From contig NIVC01000805.1 of assembly GCA_002269645.1 (NCBI GenBank), positions 1 through 64,000 on the forward strand: a DNA stretch of 64,000 nucleotides, given 5' to 3'. The DNA is from Macrostomum lignano (taxonomy: Eukaryota). Position 1 is the first letter of the stretch; every line of letters starts with the position of its first letter. The notes under the pieces were generated by a model. It was not told the DNA's origin. It saw nothing but the letters and a program-made list of their open reading frames with translations, and did no database searches. Shown one piece after another: positions 40,801 to 54,429 of this stretch. The translations under genes were made by a program, and so were the position numbers.

Positions 40801-43706
40801 AAGGGTAAATCGACTCCGTACGAATTCGACATTCGAGTGCCCTTGATAGTGCGAGGACCGGGCGTGCCCGCCGGGGCGGTTCTCCGACAGCCGGTGTTGA
40901 ACATCGACTTGGCGCCGACTCTGCTCGATCTGGCCGGAGTGGCGCCCGCCAGACCGATGGACGGCGCCTCTTATGCGCCTCTGTTGTTGCAGTCAAAGAA
41001 CAGTAGCGGCAGCAGCAACAGTTCAACGCCTTGGAGGCGGAGCTTCCTAGTGGAGCGCGGACGCATGACGTTTCGAAAGCTGAACCTCAGGAGGGAGCTC
41101 GAGGCAGTTAGGAATTTTGGGAAAGGTTTGTTCGGGTGGGATGGTTTTGGCTGTAGTGAGCTCGATTGTCCGTCTAAATCATGGTCGCCTAAAATACCAC
41201 GGAGATCCCGATGATACCGATGACTCCAGGTGATCCTAGATCAGGAATCAGCAAACTCTCGGGTCCTTTGAAACTTCACAATAGCAATCCGGCCCGGTCA
41301 AAGTTTGTGTCTCTTCTCAGCTCTCTTCTCTCTTACCTCCTTCCTACTCTCTTTTCTTTTCTCTATACTCTTCTATCCATTCTCTCCTCTCGTCTCTTCT
41401 CTTCTCCTTTATTCCCTCACACCTCCTTTCTCTAATCTCTCTTCTCTCTTCTCTATTCCCTCTCCTCTCTCCCCCTCCTCTGGCCTGCAGTCATGCGCTA
41501 GGTTCTTGACTTAGCTACAGGGGGCTCCGTGAGTCCGGAAACAGCGAGGAGGCGTTGCCGCCCATTTCGCTACCCCAGGCAACCACGGGCAGCTAGTGCT
41601 GCGGTGTCGCGCAGGGAGTCTCGTTGGTGCCGGTGTCCGCAGCGCCTTCTCCCTCCGGAGAGTCCAGGAGGTGGATGGTCACTCACCCGGTAGCCCTTAG
41701 GTAGCGGAGGAGCTGGCAGAGATTCTCGGGCCTGAAAAAGTCGGAGAGGTCCGGGTTTGGGCCGAGGTGGGTGAGCCTGTCCTGAGTAAAAGCGGGGCAT
41801 TCACGGATGAAGTGCTCCGCATTCTCGACACCGGAGAGGCAGAATGGGCATTCCTCACTGCGGATTTTTCCCTGGAGGTGACGATGCCTGGCAAAACAGC
41901 CACGACCCGAGAGGGCCGTGATCATGCGCTAAGTTCTCTATCTGGCCATTGAGGCAAAAAAAGGTTTGCCGACCCCTGCCCTAGATGGTCTAGGTAGGTG
42001 ACCGCATATCATCCATCCTAGGACCTCCATGATGCAGGAGACTCCAGACGATCGTCAGATGATTTAGGTAACCCAGATAACTCTCAAAGATCGCTGTGAC
42101 CTTAGCTGACCTCAACAGCCTCAAATAACGCTAATGATTCCCTGTTGTCCCAAAATATCTATGTTGCATGCAATTTATATTTGCCTAGCGATCTTCATGT
42201 ACTATAACTCTCTGCTCCCATCCATATAAACCGAACACAGACGAGCGTCTCTGCAATCAGCGCCACATTCGCGCCGCCCTGTCCTGCAGCCGCGGCGACA
42301 AATTCCATTGCGTCCCCAGCAACCGACTGGCAGGAAGGTACGAACGAGTGAAGTGCCCCGGCAAGGCGGCGTGTCGCTGCAGGCGGTCGGTGGTGCTGCC
42401 GATATCCCAGTACGTGTGGAAGCACTGCTGGCGGTTGCAGGGCCGAACTCGCAGACGGTTCCGTTCTACTCGAAGCATCGTCGAACCAGAAGAAGACGAA
42501 TATGACGCGGAAGACGTAGCATTCACTCGGGACATTGACGATGATGTAAGTAAGCTTGGTTCAGACCACTCGCTCTTCTTTTAAGGAGGCCGGTTGTGTT
42601 TAACCTACGACTCGGTGAGGATGCTGTGGCCTGCCGACTGGAGTCGCCGACGATGCATTAGGTTGCTTGGACAGACCAGGTCTCAAAGGTTTGGTACTGA
42701 AGACATCGGCCCCATACTCAAGCAACATAGACTTTTTAGACAGAGACATTTATGAATCCTTAATTAATGAATCTAAATGAATGTCACCCTATTGAAAAGC
42801 CGATCTTTCTCCGCTAGTGTCGACGTTGACTTCTCAGATGTTCTTTCAATCGGTCATGCTTATGTAATTCAAACCTAGAAAATCCTAGTAGGAGGTCGGA
42901 GCCCGAGCATCATCTTGCAATTTCATTTTTTCATTGTTTAAATTAAAACACTGATATTTCTACTATAAGTATTGATATGTAACTTCGGTAGAATTTTACT
43001 TGCACGAAAAAACAAACAATTTCTCCAGTCGTCCTACTTCAATGGCAACGACATTGACAGTGACTACGATGAAGGCGATGACTACGATGACATCGAGTGC
43101 GAGTACAGCAGCCTGAGCGACTTGCTTCGCGATCGTCGGATGATGCGGCTGACCCAGCGCAGGCTGGACGCTGTGCAGGCCAGGCTGAACCAAATTCGAA
43201 AGGCCATGCGACGGAATAAAAACACGCTGATGAGGCTTCTAGGAGGCTGCGCCTGCTCCAGAGACCGGTTCAGCGTCAGGGTCGACGAACTTCCCCCGGG
43301 GCGTCGAAGACTTGCCGACCTTCTACTGTCCACCAGTTTGCGGAAGCGTCGACTGAGGCGTCGGAAACGGAAGGGCGGCGAGTGCAACCTGCGGTTTATG
43401 AGCTGCTTCTTCCACGACAAGTCGCACTGGAAGACGCCGCCCTATTGGAACGACTCGTCGATTTGTTTCTGCGGCAACGCTAATAATTTCACTTACTGGT
43501 GCCTGCGAACTGTGGATTCAACTGAAGAGTCTCTCTACTGCGAGTTCATCACCGGGTTTATTTCTTATTACAACATTACCGCTGATCCTCATCAGCTGGT
43601 CAACCTGGCGGCGGAGTTGCCGTTCCAGAGGCGACTCGAACTGCAGGCCAAACTCAATCGGCTGAAGAGCTGCCGCGGCGCGACCTGCAGCACTGCTGGG
43701 GCTTGA
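37892..43706 (+). CDS. SULF1: Extracellular heparan sulfate 6-O-endosulfatase (SULF1/2 ortholog), 761 aa
   Basis: Exons 37892-38036, 39199-39463, 40233-41125, 42241-42545, 43029-43706 (phases match, 2286 nt). Signal peptide, [12 protein letters not shown], FGly motif [37 protein letters not shown], basic hydrophilic domain, C-terminal YWCLRT..FITGF. Confidence 0.96.
38090..39030 (+). repeat. 30-35-bp minisatellite, SULF intron 1
   Basis: Unit cccctgagaatctcccccgataatctcacctac. A related gagaatctc motif recurs in intron 2 at about 40060-40120. Confidence 0.96.
41242..41978. mobile_element. hAT (Charlie-like) MITE in SULF intron 3
   Basis: Ends CAGGAATCAGCAAAC / GTTTGCCGACCCCTG; 8-bp TSD tcctagat (41234-41) and ccctagat (41979-86). 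Confidence 0.8.
41507..41921 (-). mobile_element. 5'-truncated non-LTR retrotransposon (R1/LOA-like 3' end) nested in the MITE
   Basis: [38 protein letters not shown] (C-x2-C-x8-H-x4-C). 16-bp TSD tcatgcgcta(g/a)gttct at 41491-41506 and 41922-41937. Confidence 0.8.
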
Positions 43707-44295
43707 TGGTTTCTTAGAAACGCTTGATCTTACGCTCGTATTATCGATCGCGTGATTGCGAATAATTAAAACAAAATTCATTTTTTGATCAGAATGCAAA
43801 GCCTTTTATTATCGGACCTAAATCTATGTTGATTCTAAATGACGTACATCATTATGTTAATTTTAATTTTTACTGCCTATATGGAAGACGCAATATTTCG
43901 ATTTGCACTCATGTAGTTCAAAACCGCACTCATTTAACTAATGAAATGTCACTATGAATTGATTCCGATTTAAAATATGATTTAATTAAAAAATTGCGTA
44001 CTGCACACTTAACAACCTATTCTATATCGCGACCCATTCAGTATTTAATCGAATAAAACAAATCTGTGTTCATCGAATTTCCAATTTCACAGATGCGTCA
44101 TCAGGTTGAAAATAACCTGAAAACCCATAACTGCTTTTTAACGGTTTTATTTAGAGAAAAATATATTTAACTACAAATATGTTTTACTATTAATTTCAGT
44201 AGCATTATTTGAACAATATAATTTTTTTAAGTAGAACAAAACAACACATGTTTGCATGCAAATGCGACTTTCAATTGTTTATTCATAATTTTGGC

Positions 44296-44700
44296 CCTGT
44301 TACACCTTGGCGCTCTGTGACACCTTGGCGCCCTGTGACACCTTGGCGCCCTGTGACACCTCGGCGCCCTGTGACACCTTGGCGCCCTGGGACACCTTGC
44401 CGCCCTGTGACACCTTGGCGCCCTGTGACACCTTGGCGCCCTGTGACACCTTGGCGCCCTGTGACACCTTGGCGCTCTGTGACACCTTGGCGCTCTGTGA
44501 CACCTTGCCGCCCTGTGACACCTTGGCGCCCTGTGACACCTTGGCGCCCTGTGACACCTTGCCGCCCTGTGACACCTTGCCGCCCTGTGACACCTTGGCG
44601 CCCTGTGACACCTTGGTACTCTGTGACACCTTGGCGCTCTGTGACACCTTGGCGCTCTGTGACACCTTGGTGCCCTCTGATACCTACGAGTATTTTAGCA
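44296..44700 (+). repeat. 18-bp minisatellite
   Basis: Unit tgtgacaccttggcgccc. Confidence 0.97.
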
Positions 44701-45519
44701 CCATCTGACTCATATTTTAGCGCCGTTAGACACTATTAGCGCCACCTGATACCGGTTTTAGTGTCCTATAACACCTTGATTCCCTCTGACACCTCTCTCC
44801 GGAACCTTTCTTGGCGCTATGGTTTTTGTTCTGATATTGGTTTGACTTGCTCTATGATCCTTCTACGAAACAACATGATAGAATAGCAACCTATTTACAA
44901 GACTTTACTGATGTGCAACCAAGTAAACAGCAGATGCTTGGGGTAGTGCTACAGTCTGGTCTCTGGATCAAGAGTGACTGACTATGCTTTAATTACAAAT
45001 TAAATGCCTTTGCAGAGTTTCTGTCCTTGGATACACGCGCCTGAAGTTCGGTGAAAGCGCATCCATCAATTTAAATAGAATTGTTGGGAGAATCCACTTC
45101 AAGTCTTTTGATCGAATGAGAGCTTTTTAGGGGTGTGTATAATATATAAAGGAGGAATGAAAGTTGAAAGAGCTTCATATAGAAAAAGATTGACTCACTA
45201 CTTTAACTCATTTCTCTCACTAAACTATACTCAACAGGCACTTGGGCGCGTGTGATATGCGATTTGAATAGAAATAGAATAGAATAAGCGCATGATGGTT
45301 AAGTGAGTCTATGGGGATGAATGCTGGTCCTTCTTATAATATAGGCCCGGAGTCACTGTTGGTTGTTTGTCAAGTGTCCACTAGTAGAGCCAGCTGGTGT
45401 GGGAAGCGGCTACCCTCAACCCCGACTTTTCCCAAGACTGCTAATGTATATAGAGTCAGTGTCTGGATTGGAAACACGGACAGCGAGACAAATATTCTCA
45501 AAAATCCTCCCTTCTGCAC

Positions 45520-45730
45520 AAGGCTCACGGGGGACATTGCTGAGATGTCAAGGCTCACAGGGGACATTGCTGAGATGTCAAGGCTCACAGGGGACATTGC
45601 TGAGATGTCAAGGCTCACAGGGGACATTGCTGAGATGTCAAGGCTCACAGGGGACATTGCTGAGATGTCAAGGCTCACAGGGGACATTGCTGAGATGTCA
45701 AGGCTCACGGGGGACATTGCTGAAATGCCG
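45520..45730 (+). repeat. 30-bp minisatellite, about 7 near-perfect copies
   Basis: Unit aggctcacaggggacattgctgagatgtca. Confidence 0.97.
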
Positions 45731-46693
45731 TGGCTCATTCAAGAGGTTGCTCAGATGCTTTGAGTTGTAGGCATGATTTTTAGAAGTTACCCACTGACTG
45801 GCTTGGCATAGTAGACTTCTAAATATTTGCTATCCTCATCTTGTTTCCATTCCGAATCGCTGATACTGTAGTAGTCCATGAATGCTCCACCGGTAGCTAC
45901 CCAGCCAAGCCGTCACTTCGATTAGCAAATCAATTTATTCTAGCCTACACGTGCCAACACAAATGCCAATTGAATTTCAGTGCTGTATTTTATATATATT
46001 AATGCCTTATTTTCGTATATGGCAACAATAACCAAGTGGATCTCCGTGAGAGAAAGTGGCTGAAATCTTATTGAAACGCATATATTAACTGTGTATGTAT
46101 ATGCGATCGGATAGGAGGATGTCCACGCCACCTGGTTCTGAAGCTGCCTTACATAGAGAATTATAACAAAATATGATAATAAGCGACAGCCGCGTATGTG
46201 TAGAGAAGGATTGAAGCGATTGAGGTGTGAATGATGTAGCATTGGAGAGTCTGGCATGGGTGACCCTTGACTGACTATAGCCTGGCTTGTGGGTATCATC
46301 TGTCACCCCTAGCAGCGGGTGGTCTGGGCCCCTTGTGACTTGGGATTCGTTTTCAATTAACCTGAGCTTTTTTTGCTATTCTCATCTTTTTATCCTCTGA
46401 TTTTTATCCAATCTGAATTTATTGATTTAATTGGTATTGAATTTGGGTAATCTGCCGCTGTGCTGTAGTGCGCCGTATTTGAAAAAAGTGTCAAACTTGT
46501 TAGCGATACTTGAGAACGCCACTCAGCTCTATCCGACAACCGGTTGTGGGTAGCTTTTTCTGCTCGTCTCCATGGGTCAGCCAGATGATTCCAAATCGAC
46601 TGCTTTGTGAAGATTTCGTAATACATGGAAGCGGCTTTTTCTAAGTTAATAACAATTTAAGGTCTCTGAAAGTTAAACTTTCACTTTAAAATA

Positions 46694-46694
<1 letters not shown>

Positions 46695-46738
<44 letters not shown>

Positions 46739-46740
46739 CT

Positions 46741-46771
<31 letters not shown>

Positions 46772-46800
46772 GGTTAGTTAGTTAGTTAGTTAGTTAGTCT

Positions 46801-46839
<39 letters not shown>

Positions 46840-46865
46840 GTTAGTTAGTTAGTTAGTTAGTTAGT

Positions 46866-46902
<37 letters not shown>

Positions 46903-46904
46903 CT

Positions 46905-46962
<58 letters not shown>

Positions 46963-46971
46963 CTGTTAGTT
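46695..46971 (+). repeat. (GTTA)n microsatellite
   Basis: Direct reading. Confidence 0.99.
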
Positions 46972-48084
46972 ACAAGCCAAATCCAAGAATGCGAGACGGC
47001 AGGACTACAGACGGAAGAGTTTATGAGCCAGTCTGCAAGTTATCATGTTTCAGTGTCTAATAAGGCTTGGTTAGTCCAGAAATCAGTTTGAAAACTGAAC
47101 TTTTTCTGGTTGTAAATTACGTCTATATTTGTAAGCTGAATGTCAGGACAGCAAAAGACACCAAAAAAATCTTCTCTTCTTTACTTTGACTTACCAGTAC
47201 AACAATACACAAATACACACTATAACGCACTGTCATAAGCAGAGTTGTGTCTCCAACTCTCTCCCAGCCTCTTTGCTGCCAGACGAAATTCGATCTTCAA
47301 TTTCTGGTCGGATGTTTCATCTTTCGCACGTCTCGATTTTAGTAGAAATTTTCCGCCATTTTTGCTTCTATTTACGTTCATATACTGCCCAAGAAACAGC
47401 TTAACAAGATCCGGCCTATTGAGCGTAATCAGATTTCCTTAGACCCCACCGACTATTTATGACTGAGAAAGGGAGTGCGCGAGAAAGTGGACCAATTATT
47501 GCAATTTTCGGAACTCTGGTTGACTCACTGACCCCGTGAACATTTACTTATTTTGAAAAGAAATAGATAATAGATAATTCATTCTGAGATAAGAAAGTTA
47601 GCGAAAATCAACGTCGTAAAAATCAACTTGAATTGGTTTTTCTAAGAAAACGTATCGTCCTGTCGGCTAAGAACTGTAATTAGCGGTTTCACAGACACTT
47701 AATTGGATAATTGGTTAATAGCAACTGAAATGGTTATATTAAACCACTGGAACTCCGTACTCAAACTTACAAAATTGTTTATTTTAATCGAAATCAATAT
47801 TATTATTAAACCAGCTTTTTATACTCGTAGGTCTGTTTCTAGTTCAAGTTTACCGTGATCCTAGGATCCTTGGCTAACAGTTTCTAGCAATTTTATCGGG
47901 GTGTTTTTCGGCAGGCCCCGTTTCTTGGACAAGAATAACCTGTTGGATGACAGCCAACTAGCCAACTAATTAGCCACTCTGTAATTAATAATTATATTGT
48001 ACAACTGCAATGCTGCTATTTATTCTCACATGTCTGAGCAGACAATTTCCTCAGATGAGCAAGAAAATAGTAGCGCTAGACCTA

Positions 48085-48434
48085 TTTAACAATGGCGCTA
48101 GATCTATTTAGCAATGGCGCTAGATCTATCTAGCAATGGCGCTAGATCTATTTAACAATGGCGCTAGATCTATTTAACAATGGCGCTAGATCTATTAAAC
48201 AATGGCGCTAAATTTATTTAACAATGGCGCTAGATCTATTTAACAATGGCGCTAGATCTATTAAACAATGGCGCTAGATCTATTAAACAATGGCGCTAGA
48301 TTTATTTAACAATGGCGCTAGATCTATTAAACAATGGCGCTAGATCTATTAAACAATGGCGCTAGATCTATTAAACAATGGCGCTAGATCTATTTAACAA
48401 TGGCGCTAGATCTATTTAGCAATGGCGCTAGATC
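48085..48434 (+). repeat. 22-bp minisatellite
   Basis: Unit aatggcgctagatctatttaac. Confidence 0.97.
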
Positions 48435-49514
48435 CATTCTATTTTAGTATAATTTTAAATATAATTTTAGATACAAAATCAATTTGATAATGTTATGCTG
48501 CACCACAGGCTGTCACTATGGGATATTCGATACGGAATTTCTCACTGTTAATGCAAAACGCAATCCATCACTAATGGTTGTAGGAACCGAAGTGCCCCCT
48601 GCTGGCAATTTCAAACTGATCTTTATCAACTAAACAAAAAATTCGATACGCTACAAACAAACGAATAACAGACAGGAACGGATGCACTGGAAAATAGTGA
48701 AACAGATTTTGTTCGCGCCTCACGTCTTCTGATCAACAGCTCCGGTGGGGAATCGGAAATAATTAAGAGCAAAAATTCGGCGGTGAGGGGGGTGGGACAG
48801 ACATTCAAGCTCGGGTTGCTTGCCCCGGTTGTCAAGCTATGGATGGCTCAAGTCCTCCCTCTTAGAGACACACGTGACGCTTGGAGACTGGGTTGTTCTT
48901 GAGCACGCGCTGAATCGGCCTCTCGAGTCCAATGACCAACGCTGAGACTGAATTTTGACGCAAAAGTCGCGGCATTAACTTTGGAAATCAAACGAGTGTA
49001 AAAGAAATAAAAGAATTGAAACTCCCCGCTGACCACGGTTCAGCACGGAGCGCTCTGGTCTAGTGGAAAATCTCGCTTTTGACTCGGGGGTTTCCATCTC
49101 GAGTCGTTGGATTTCTTGCAGACATTTTGTGACTGAGGCTGTCTGCCTTCAGCCCATCGGTAGCCATGGAGCCTCGAGTGCATAAATCTCTTTCTTAGGA
49201 AAAAATCGACTCAATTGTTTTATTTGTTTGGCGCACGCGTCAGTCTCACCCGTTGCTGTCGGCCGGTGAAAGTCCATATTGGCCATTGTTGACATCAATA
49301 CATGGAATCCCCTCGAGGCAAAAACCATTTTGTCCTTCACACATCTTTAGACTGTCAGAATGAGATTTATGAAAACTAAAACAACCGGTGGGTCTCCTCT
49401 CTATAACGAAGCTTGAACTTGGCACCTGTCGCACTGTTCAACCAAACTTCCTGTAAAGACCATCCAGGCTGGCAGGATTAGAGGACTGCCTCTAATTCTG
49501 AATTGGTGAGAAAG

Positions 49515-49740
49515 CCCTTCTCAAATGAACTGGCGCCCTTCTCAAATGAACTGGTGCCCGTCTTAATTGAAATGGCGCCAGACTCAAATGAAATGGCGTC
49601 CGTCTTAAATGAACTAGCGCCCCTCTCAAATGAAATGGCGCCCTCTCAAATGAAATGGCGCCCCTCTCAAATGAAATGGCGCCCCTCTCAAATGAAATGG
49701 CGCCCTTCTCAAATGAAATGGCGCCAGACTCAAATGAGGC
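49515..49740 (+). repeat. 20-bp minisatellite
   Basis: Unit aaatgaaatggcgccctctc. Confidence 0.95.
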
Positions 49741-50444
49741 CCTCCAAGTTTAAAACCTTGGCAATGTCCTGATAAGCAGATGTGCCTTGAAAAAACTTCA
49801 AATATCCTTGTCATCCTTTTGCAAGCGTCCACCTCAGAAAAGAATCCCTTGACTACCTGTTAGTTAGCGTTGTTGCGTGTCACTTTAATTCAACATTATT
49901 TCAAGATATCGTATTTCGATTTTCTTGTCCACCAACTAAGATTTTTCTGAGATTTCTGAGAAGGATTGAGGAATGCGGGATTCAACTTTTTTTACCTGAC
50001 CATATGGTCAGGGGATATCGTTACAGTTGAGATGCTAATGAAGGATAAGTGAAAGTGTTTAGAAAATTGGATAGGGGTAGGTCTGTGAAATCGTTTCGAA
50101 AAAAAATATATGTCCAGCATCGTGCATACAGGAGTTTTTCTGGCCAATATGTGCCTGTGTATCTATCGATCAATCAATCCTGATACAGATTGCAGAACAT
50201 GGAGTGGATGCGTGTGTGCTCACCTGAATTTTATATGGCATTGATATGCCCTCCCTAATGGGGAATCTGTTGGCTGAGATAGGAATATTTCAGGGTCCCA
50301 TCGCCTCGCTCTTGGAGTTTGTGTTTGTAATGTACACAATGGCCTCTGAGCGTTTGACCGCATTTTAAACAGATCGGAATATTCTATTCAATATTGGGCA
50401 ATAATATATCCTCATGGAGGTCTGGGCGCGTTTTATCTGCCCAA

Positions 50445-50785
50445 AACTTTACAATCCACAAACTTCACAATCCACAAACTTCACAATCCACAAACTTCCC
50501 AATCCACAAACTTCACAATCCACAAACTTCCCAATCCACAAATTTCACAATCCACAAACTCCCCAATCCACAAATTTCACAATGCACAAACTTCACAATC
50601 CATAAACTTCACAGTTCCAAAACTTCACAATCCGCAAACTCCCCAATCCACAAACTTCACAATCCACAAACTTCACAATCCACAAACTTCACAATCCGCA
50701 AACTCCCCAATCCACAAACTTCACAATCCGCAAATTTCACAATCAACAAACTTCAAAATTCACAAACTTCACAATCCACAAACTT
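50445..50785 (+). repeat. 16-bp minisatellite
   Basis: Unit acaaacttcacaatcc. Confidence 0.95.
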
Positions 50786-51211
50786 TCCTATCCTCAAAAT
50801 TCTGAATCCTCCTAACTAATCTACTTCAATATACGAGCGTATGAAGCCAGGTGACTTAAAAAGCCATAATTTGGGGTCCTTGTTAAAGTCATGTGTGGCT
50901 ATCAGAATATTTAAGACTTGAACAAAGAATGGATCAAAGCTGCTTCATGTATTCAATCTGATCTGAGCAATTTGATAGAGGTCTTTCTGTGAGCAGAGTT
51001 TTCATTGCGTGTCCAAAAGTCACTAAAAATCTTGGCAGAAATTTTGTCAAGTCAAAATAAGTTTATCTCCCAATGCTCACGAATATTTAGAGTTCCACAT
51101 CTGTTACGCCTTTTTTCAAAATATCGAATCAGTCAGGATACTAGATTTTTCTGGTCTGTGTTTCTGTTATCTCTCTGCAACTGTACGCGAGTATCTCTAA
51201 CTACGAGTATG

Positions 51212-51605
51212 TCTCTTCTTCTCTCCTCTCCTCTCCTCTCCTCTCCTCTCCTCTCCTCTCCTCTCCTCTCCTCTCCTCTCCTCTCCTCTCCTCTCCTCTC
51301 CTCTCCTCTCCTCTCCTCTCCTCTCCTCTCCTCTCCTCTCCTCTCCTCTCCTCTCCTCTCTTCTTCTTTCCCCTCCTCTCCTCTCCTCTCCTCTCCTCTC
51401 CTCTCCTCTTCTCTTCTCTCCTCTCCTCTCCTCTCCTCTCCTCTCCTCTCCTCTCCTCTCCTCTTCTCTCCTCTCCTCTCCTCTCCTCTCCCCTCCTCTC
51501 CTCTCCTCTCCTCTCCTCTTCTCTCCTCTCCTCTCCTCTCCTCTCTTCTTCTTTCCCCTCCTCTCCTCTCCTCTCCCCTCTTGTCTCATATTCTGTCCTC
51601 TCTCC
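51212..51605 (+). repeat. (CTCCT)n microsatellite
   Basis: Direct reading. Confidence 0.99.
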
Positions 51606-54429
51606 TTTCTCTCTTTTTGCCACAAAGAGCTTTTAAAGCACTTTTCCCTTAAAGTTTATTTGGGAGTTGTGTGGGCAGGGAAAATAATTGGCGCACAACA
51701 CAGTTCCTCTGTGCAGTAAATAAAAATGCATAATTTTTATTTTTCAAGTAATTTACCCACGAATTAGTAAATGACTCTAATATGTGACGCTGTAATAAAA
51801 ATCACTACACTGATTCATACACTTGATTTAGCATCCGTAGTATAGATCTGTATGCATGCCGTATGCTTATAAAATTATTCAATACGCACTCAAAATATGA
51901 CAAAGGCAAACCTCAGCTTCCCTGACCCTTCTCCCGGTGACACAGGAAGTGACAGGAAATTGATACCGGCATGGTAGGCTGCTACTATGATATACAGCAG
52001 AGACAAGGCTGAATATTCATTCAACAATGTAATATTTCTCGCTAAACAATTTGACAAACAATTTGAGGCCAAACTCTGTTCCTCCAAAGTCTGAGTTGTT
52101 GCAGCTCTTATATATATACTCGTAGACAATCTTGAGTCTGCTCAGGAGTTTCCTCCTTACTCCTCGTGCTCTTCCTTGTTGACTCGAATCCCCCATCCCT
52201 GCATCCAGTTCTCTGTCTCGTCGTGTTCTCTGGCGCGCATGCCTTCAGAGCGGATCCGGCCGGTCAGGATGCTTTGGAAATCCTCACAAGCCCGTCTGTT
52301 CATCTGTTTATTCACCTCTGCAGCTGACTTGCCCGTTTGCTTTTCAGTAGACACATGCAGCGTTTGGGGGAAATGGGATGGGCCTCCTGTCTTATCTACA
52401 ATCAAGCCGAGTCGCGTATAATAATGTATTTATATTGTATACATTCTAGTGGCAAACTGGTGTCTTAAGTGTTGAATAATTGTGACAGATTGTTGGACTG
52501 CTAGAAATTCTGTATAACAGGCATTTGCAGTTCGTGTTCTTGCACAGAATTGAGTTGCTTGTTTGGGGTGCTCAGACAGGAGTCCTTTATATGTTTGTTA
52601 GGTCAATGTACTCAGTGGCATTAATGGGTCGGTTTGTAGACAACCGACGATCCAAGCTTCAGGTTCTTCGGGTCATTCACAGATTCTTTAAGTTCCTCGA
52701 TTAATTCAGGTTCATCAGTTCATTCAAGTACTTCAGTTTCTTCTGGTCATTCAGGAAGTTCAGAAATTTCTTAAAAGTCTTTCAGATTCTTTATTTTAGG
52801 TAATTCAGTGGACAAAGTTCAGTGGAACCATAAATTTTCCAAGTTCCTCTTTCTGGCCTATTTTAGATAGAAATATTGATACCACGCAGAATTAGTGCAG
52901 TAAATAACTTTTTGTAGTAATTTTTTTCACAAGCAACTACAAGGGAAGATTGGTGCTGGACAGAAGAAATTACGGAAGCAGGAAGAGGATGAGACGGGAC
53001 TGGACAGGACTTCAAACCCAAAGAGTCAGGGGCATCAGATTTGTGAATTAAAAGTTGTATCGCATGCCTCCCTATCTAGTCCTATCTGCTCCGCTTTTTA
53101 CTGACCGTTCTGAAGGTTTATTGCGTGAAGCAACTCAGGAAGTCGTTTCTGAAGCCTCCTGACCACCAGCAGCTTCTACAATACAATACAAGGCCGTCAA
53201 GCCCCTTTAACCCCTTCGGGGCAAAAATGCTTAAAAACATTTTTAAAACCCCTCCCTGCGTGCTTGTCTCCGTTAGCTCCGTTCTCTCCTCTTTTCTTTG
53301 AAAGTGTATGAAGAAGAGGAGCGAAGGGATTAAGTGTTGGGTTGGGGATGAGGCAGAGTCTCCTGAAAAGATAAGAGCTCGCAGCTTCCCCTGCTCTCTC
53401 TTCCCTTCCTCTCTTTTCTTTCGTTGGTTTTCTTACGAGCCGTCTGTCCCAGTTTCCTGCAAGATTATAATAAATTTACTGTCATGCTTTTGCCTGAGCT
53501 GTTAACTGTGAAGAAGGACCTGGGCCCTGCCCTCAACTATAATACAGTTTATGAATTGGGCGACTTAAAAGTTTAAGTAGGCTATTGTCAATCGAAGGGT
53601 GAAAGCGATTTTGAGCGAGAAATTGTCTGCCTGTCCTGTCTGCTTCTACTAAGGAGCAGAGATTTTTCAGCTTCAGAGATGGTCACGACGAGTGGGAGGG
53701 GGAATAGGGAGGCAGAAAGGATGGCGTGGCTACCCGGGACCGGATCCGCTCCGCCTCTCCTGATGACTTCCGCGAATTTCAATGGCCCGATGAGCTGCTT
53801 CTTCGTGCATCCTCGGGCGCTGAGGAGGAGGGATGATGGGGAGTGAAAGAGGCTGAGCCTTGCTAGACAATACTAACGCCAACTAAAGCACTATAGAAGC
53901 CCCTCTATGGCGGATGAAGCTGAGAAGCTGGTCTCTTCCTGAATCAGTGTGCAATAGATTAGGGCTGGTCTGTCTCTCACTCACCCTCATATACTGTCAT
54001 CTTCATCGGTTGAAGGTGGTCTTTTATATAAGAAAAAAGGTGAGTCTCAGCAGCTAAGTCCAGCCTAGAAGATGAGGCGGATCTCTCTAGCAGGATGGGA
54101 GATGGTGGCGCCCTCACATTTTTAGAAATTGATGAAGAAAAAAGTAGGTTCAAGGAGTTGAAATAGTGTGGAAGCTGGACTACGAGTAATCCTCTTGATG
54201 ACGGACTGACAGTTAGTCAATCTCGCTGAACCTGCCTATATCATCATTATAGTCATTTTTAGATCTCTATATCTGAAATATTTTCATAAAGAGCAAAAAA
54301 ATGAAAAAGCCCAAGTGTCCCAAATTGAATCACCGCGACTTTCATGCTTTCACTTTTTGTTTGATTATTTTGCTATCAATTTATACTTTAAGAAGGTCAG
54401 CTGAGTGCTGCAAACTGTGTGCATAGATA

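Noticed and set aside
44209-51652. ORFs VTPWRP, RLTGDIAEMS, HKLHNPQTSQ, LSSPL/ERRGE
   Set aside because: Each coincides exactly with a tandem array.
52150-54200. Retroelement pol remnants
   Set aside because: Composition is suggestive, but no RT, RNase H or integrase motif could be read.
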